A stretch of DNA of 64,000 nt from Phoronis australis (taxonomy: Eukaryota > Animalia > Phoronida): positions 405,202-469,201 of the forward strand of contig NMRA01000267.1 in NCBI GenBank assembly GCA_002633005.1, written 5' to 3'. The translations under genes and the position numbers were made by a program. Positions 63,768 to 64,000 of this stretch are shown one piece after another. The notes beneath the pieces are model-generated. The model saw nothing but the letters and a program-made list of their open reading frames with translations. It made no database searches and was not told where the DNA came from. Position 1 is the stretch's first letter. Every line of letters begins with the position of its first letter.

Positions 63768-64000
63768 TAGGTGGCACTGAATAGTTAGGCTGCGGCCGCG
63801 GCCAATTTGCACTCCCAAAATATAGAAATTTTGGGGTAGGCCAAGTTTGGGGGCATTTTGTAGGTGGGCATTGCACGTAGGCTCAGTGAATGTGGTTTGT
63901 TTGTATTTGTGAACATGCTGTGAATAAAAAAAGGCCACTTTCTTGGCTGTAGCTGCACTCTTCTTCAAGATGGCGGCCCCCAGCTGCAATTGTGCATTGT
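63768..64000 (-). mobile_element. partial inverted copy of the 34815-35460 MITE
   Basis: Starts TAGGTGGCACTG; reverse-complement similarity to 35230-35460. Confidence 0.75.

Noticed and set aside
63525-63989. 154-aa ORF similar to the ORF at 35240-35449
   Set aside because: The similarity comes from two copies of a non-coding MITE plus a TA tract.

Overview
AT-rich, intron-containing metazoan genomic DNA. It is probably a marine invertebrate; this is inferred only from the gene and transposon families. Three host genes can be reconstructed by eye. (1) The last four exons of a Cys-rich protein with two Mucin2/CILP-type WxxW domains (1039-4478, +). (2) A five-coding-exon C2H2 zinc-finger gene of 567 aa (21622-28205, +) whose N-terminus has an AT-hook-like RGRGRP motif and an unnamed, probably beta-grasp domain that the ORF track splits. 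(3) A galactose-3-O-sulfotransferase (48490-49719, +). A decayed spliced gene may lie on the minus strand at 59.1-63.3 kb. Most of the rest is nested, decayed transposons: four Kolobok-type derivatives with convergent THAP and P2X7-ballast-like (KolX) gene stubs, an ISL2EU-like element inside one of them, three related hAT elements plus a separate intron-containing hAT transposase, an Academ (XPG-type) relic, Gypsy, RTEX-like and L2/Crack fragments, a Penelope-type hammerhead-like fold, and many MITEs including a recurring dimeric one. The ZNF locus is visibly CpG-depleted, and paired transposon copies inside and outside it show directional CpG loss. All family assignments come from motif recognition, not database searches; coordinates described as approximate may be off by tens of bases.
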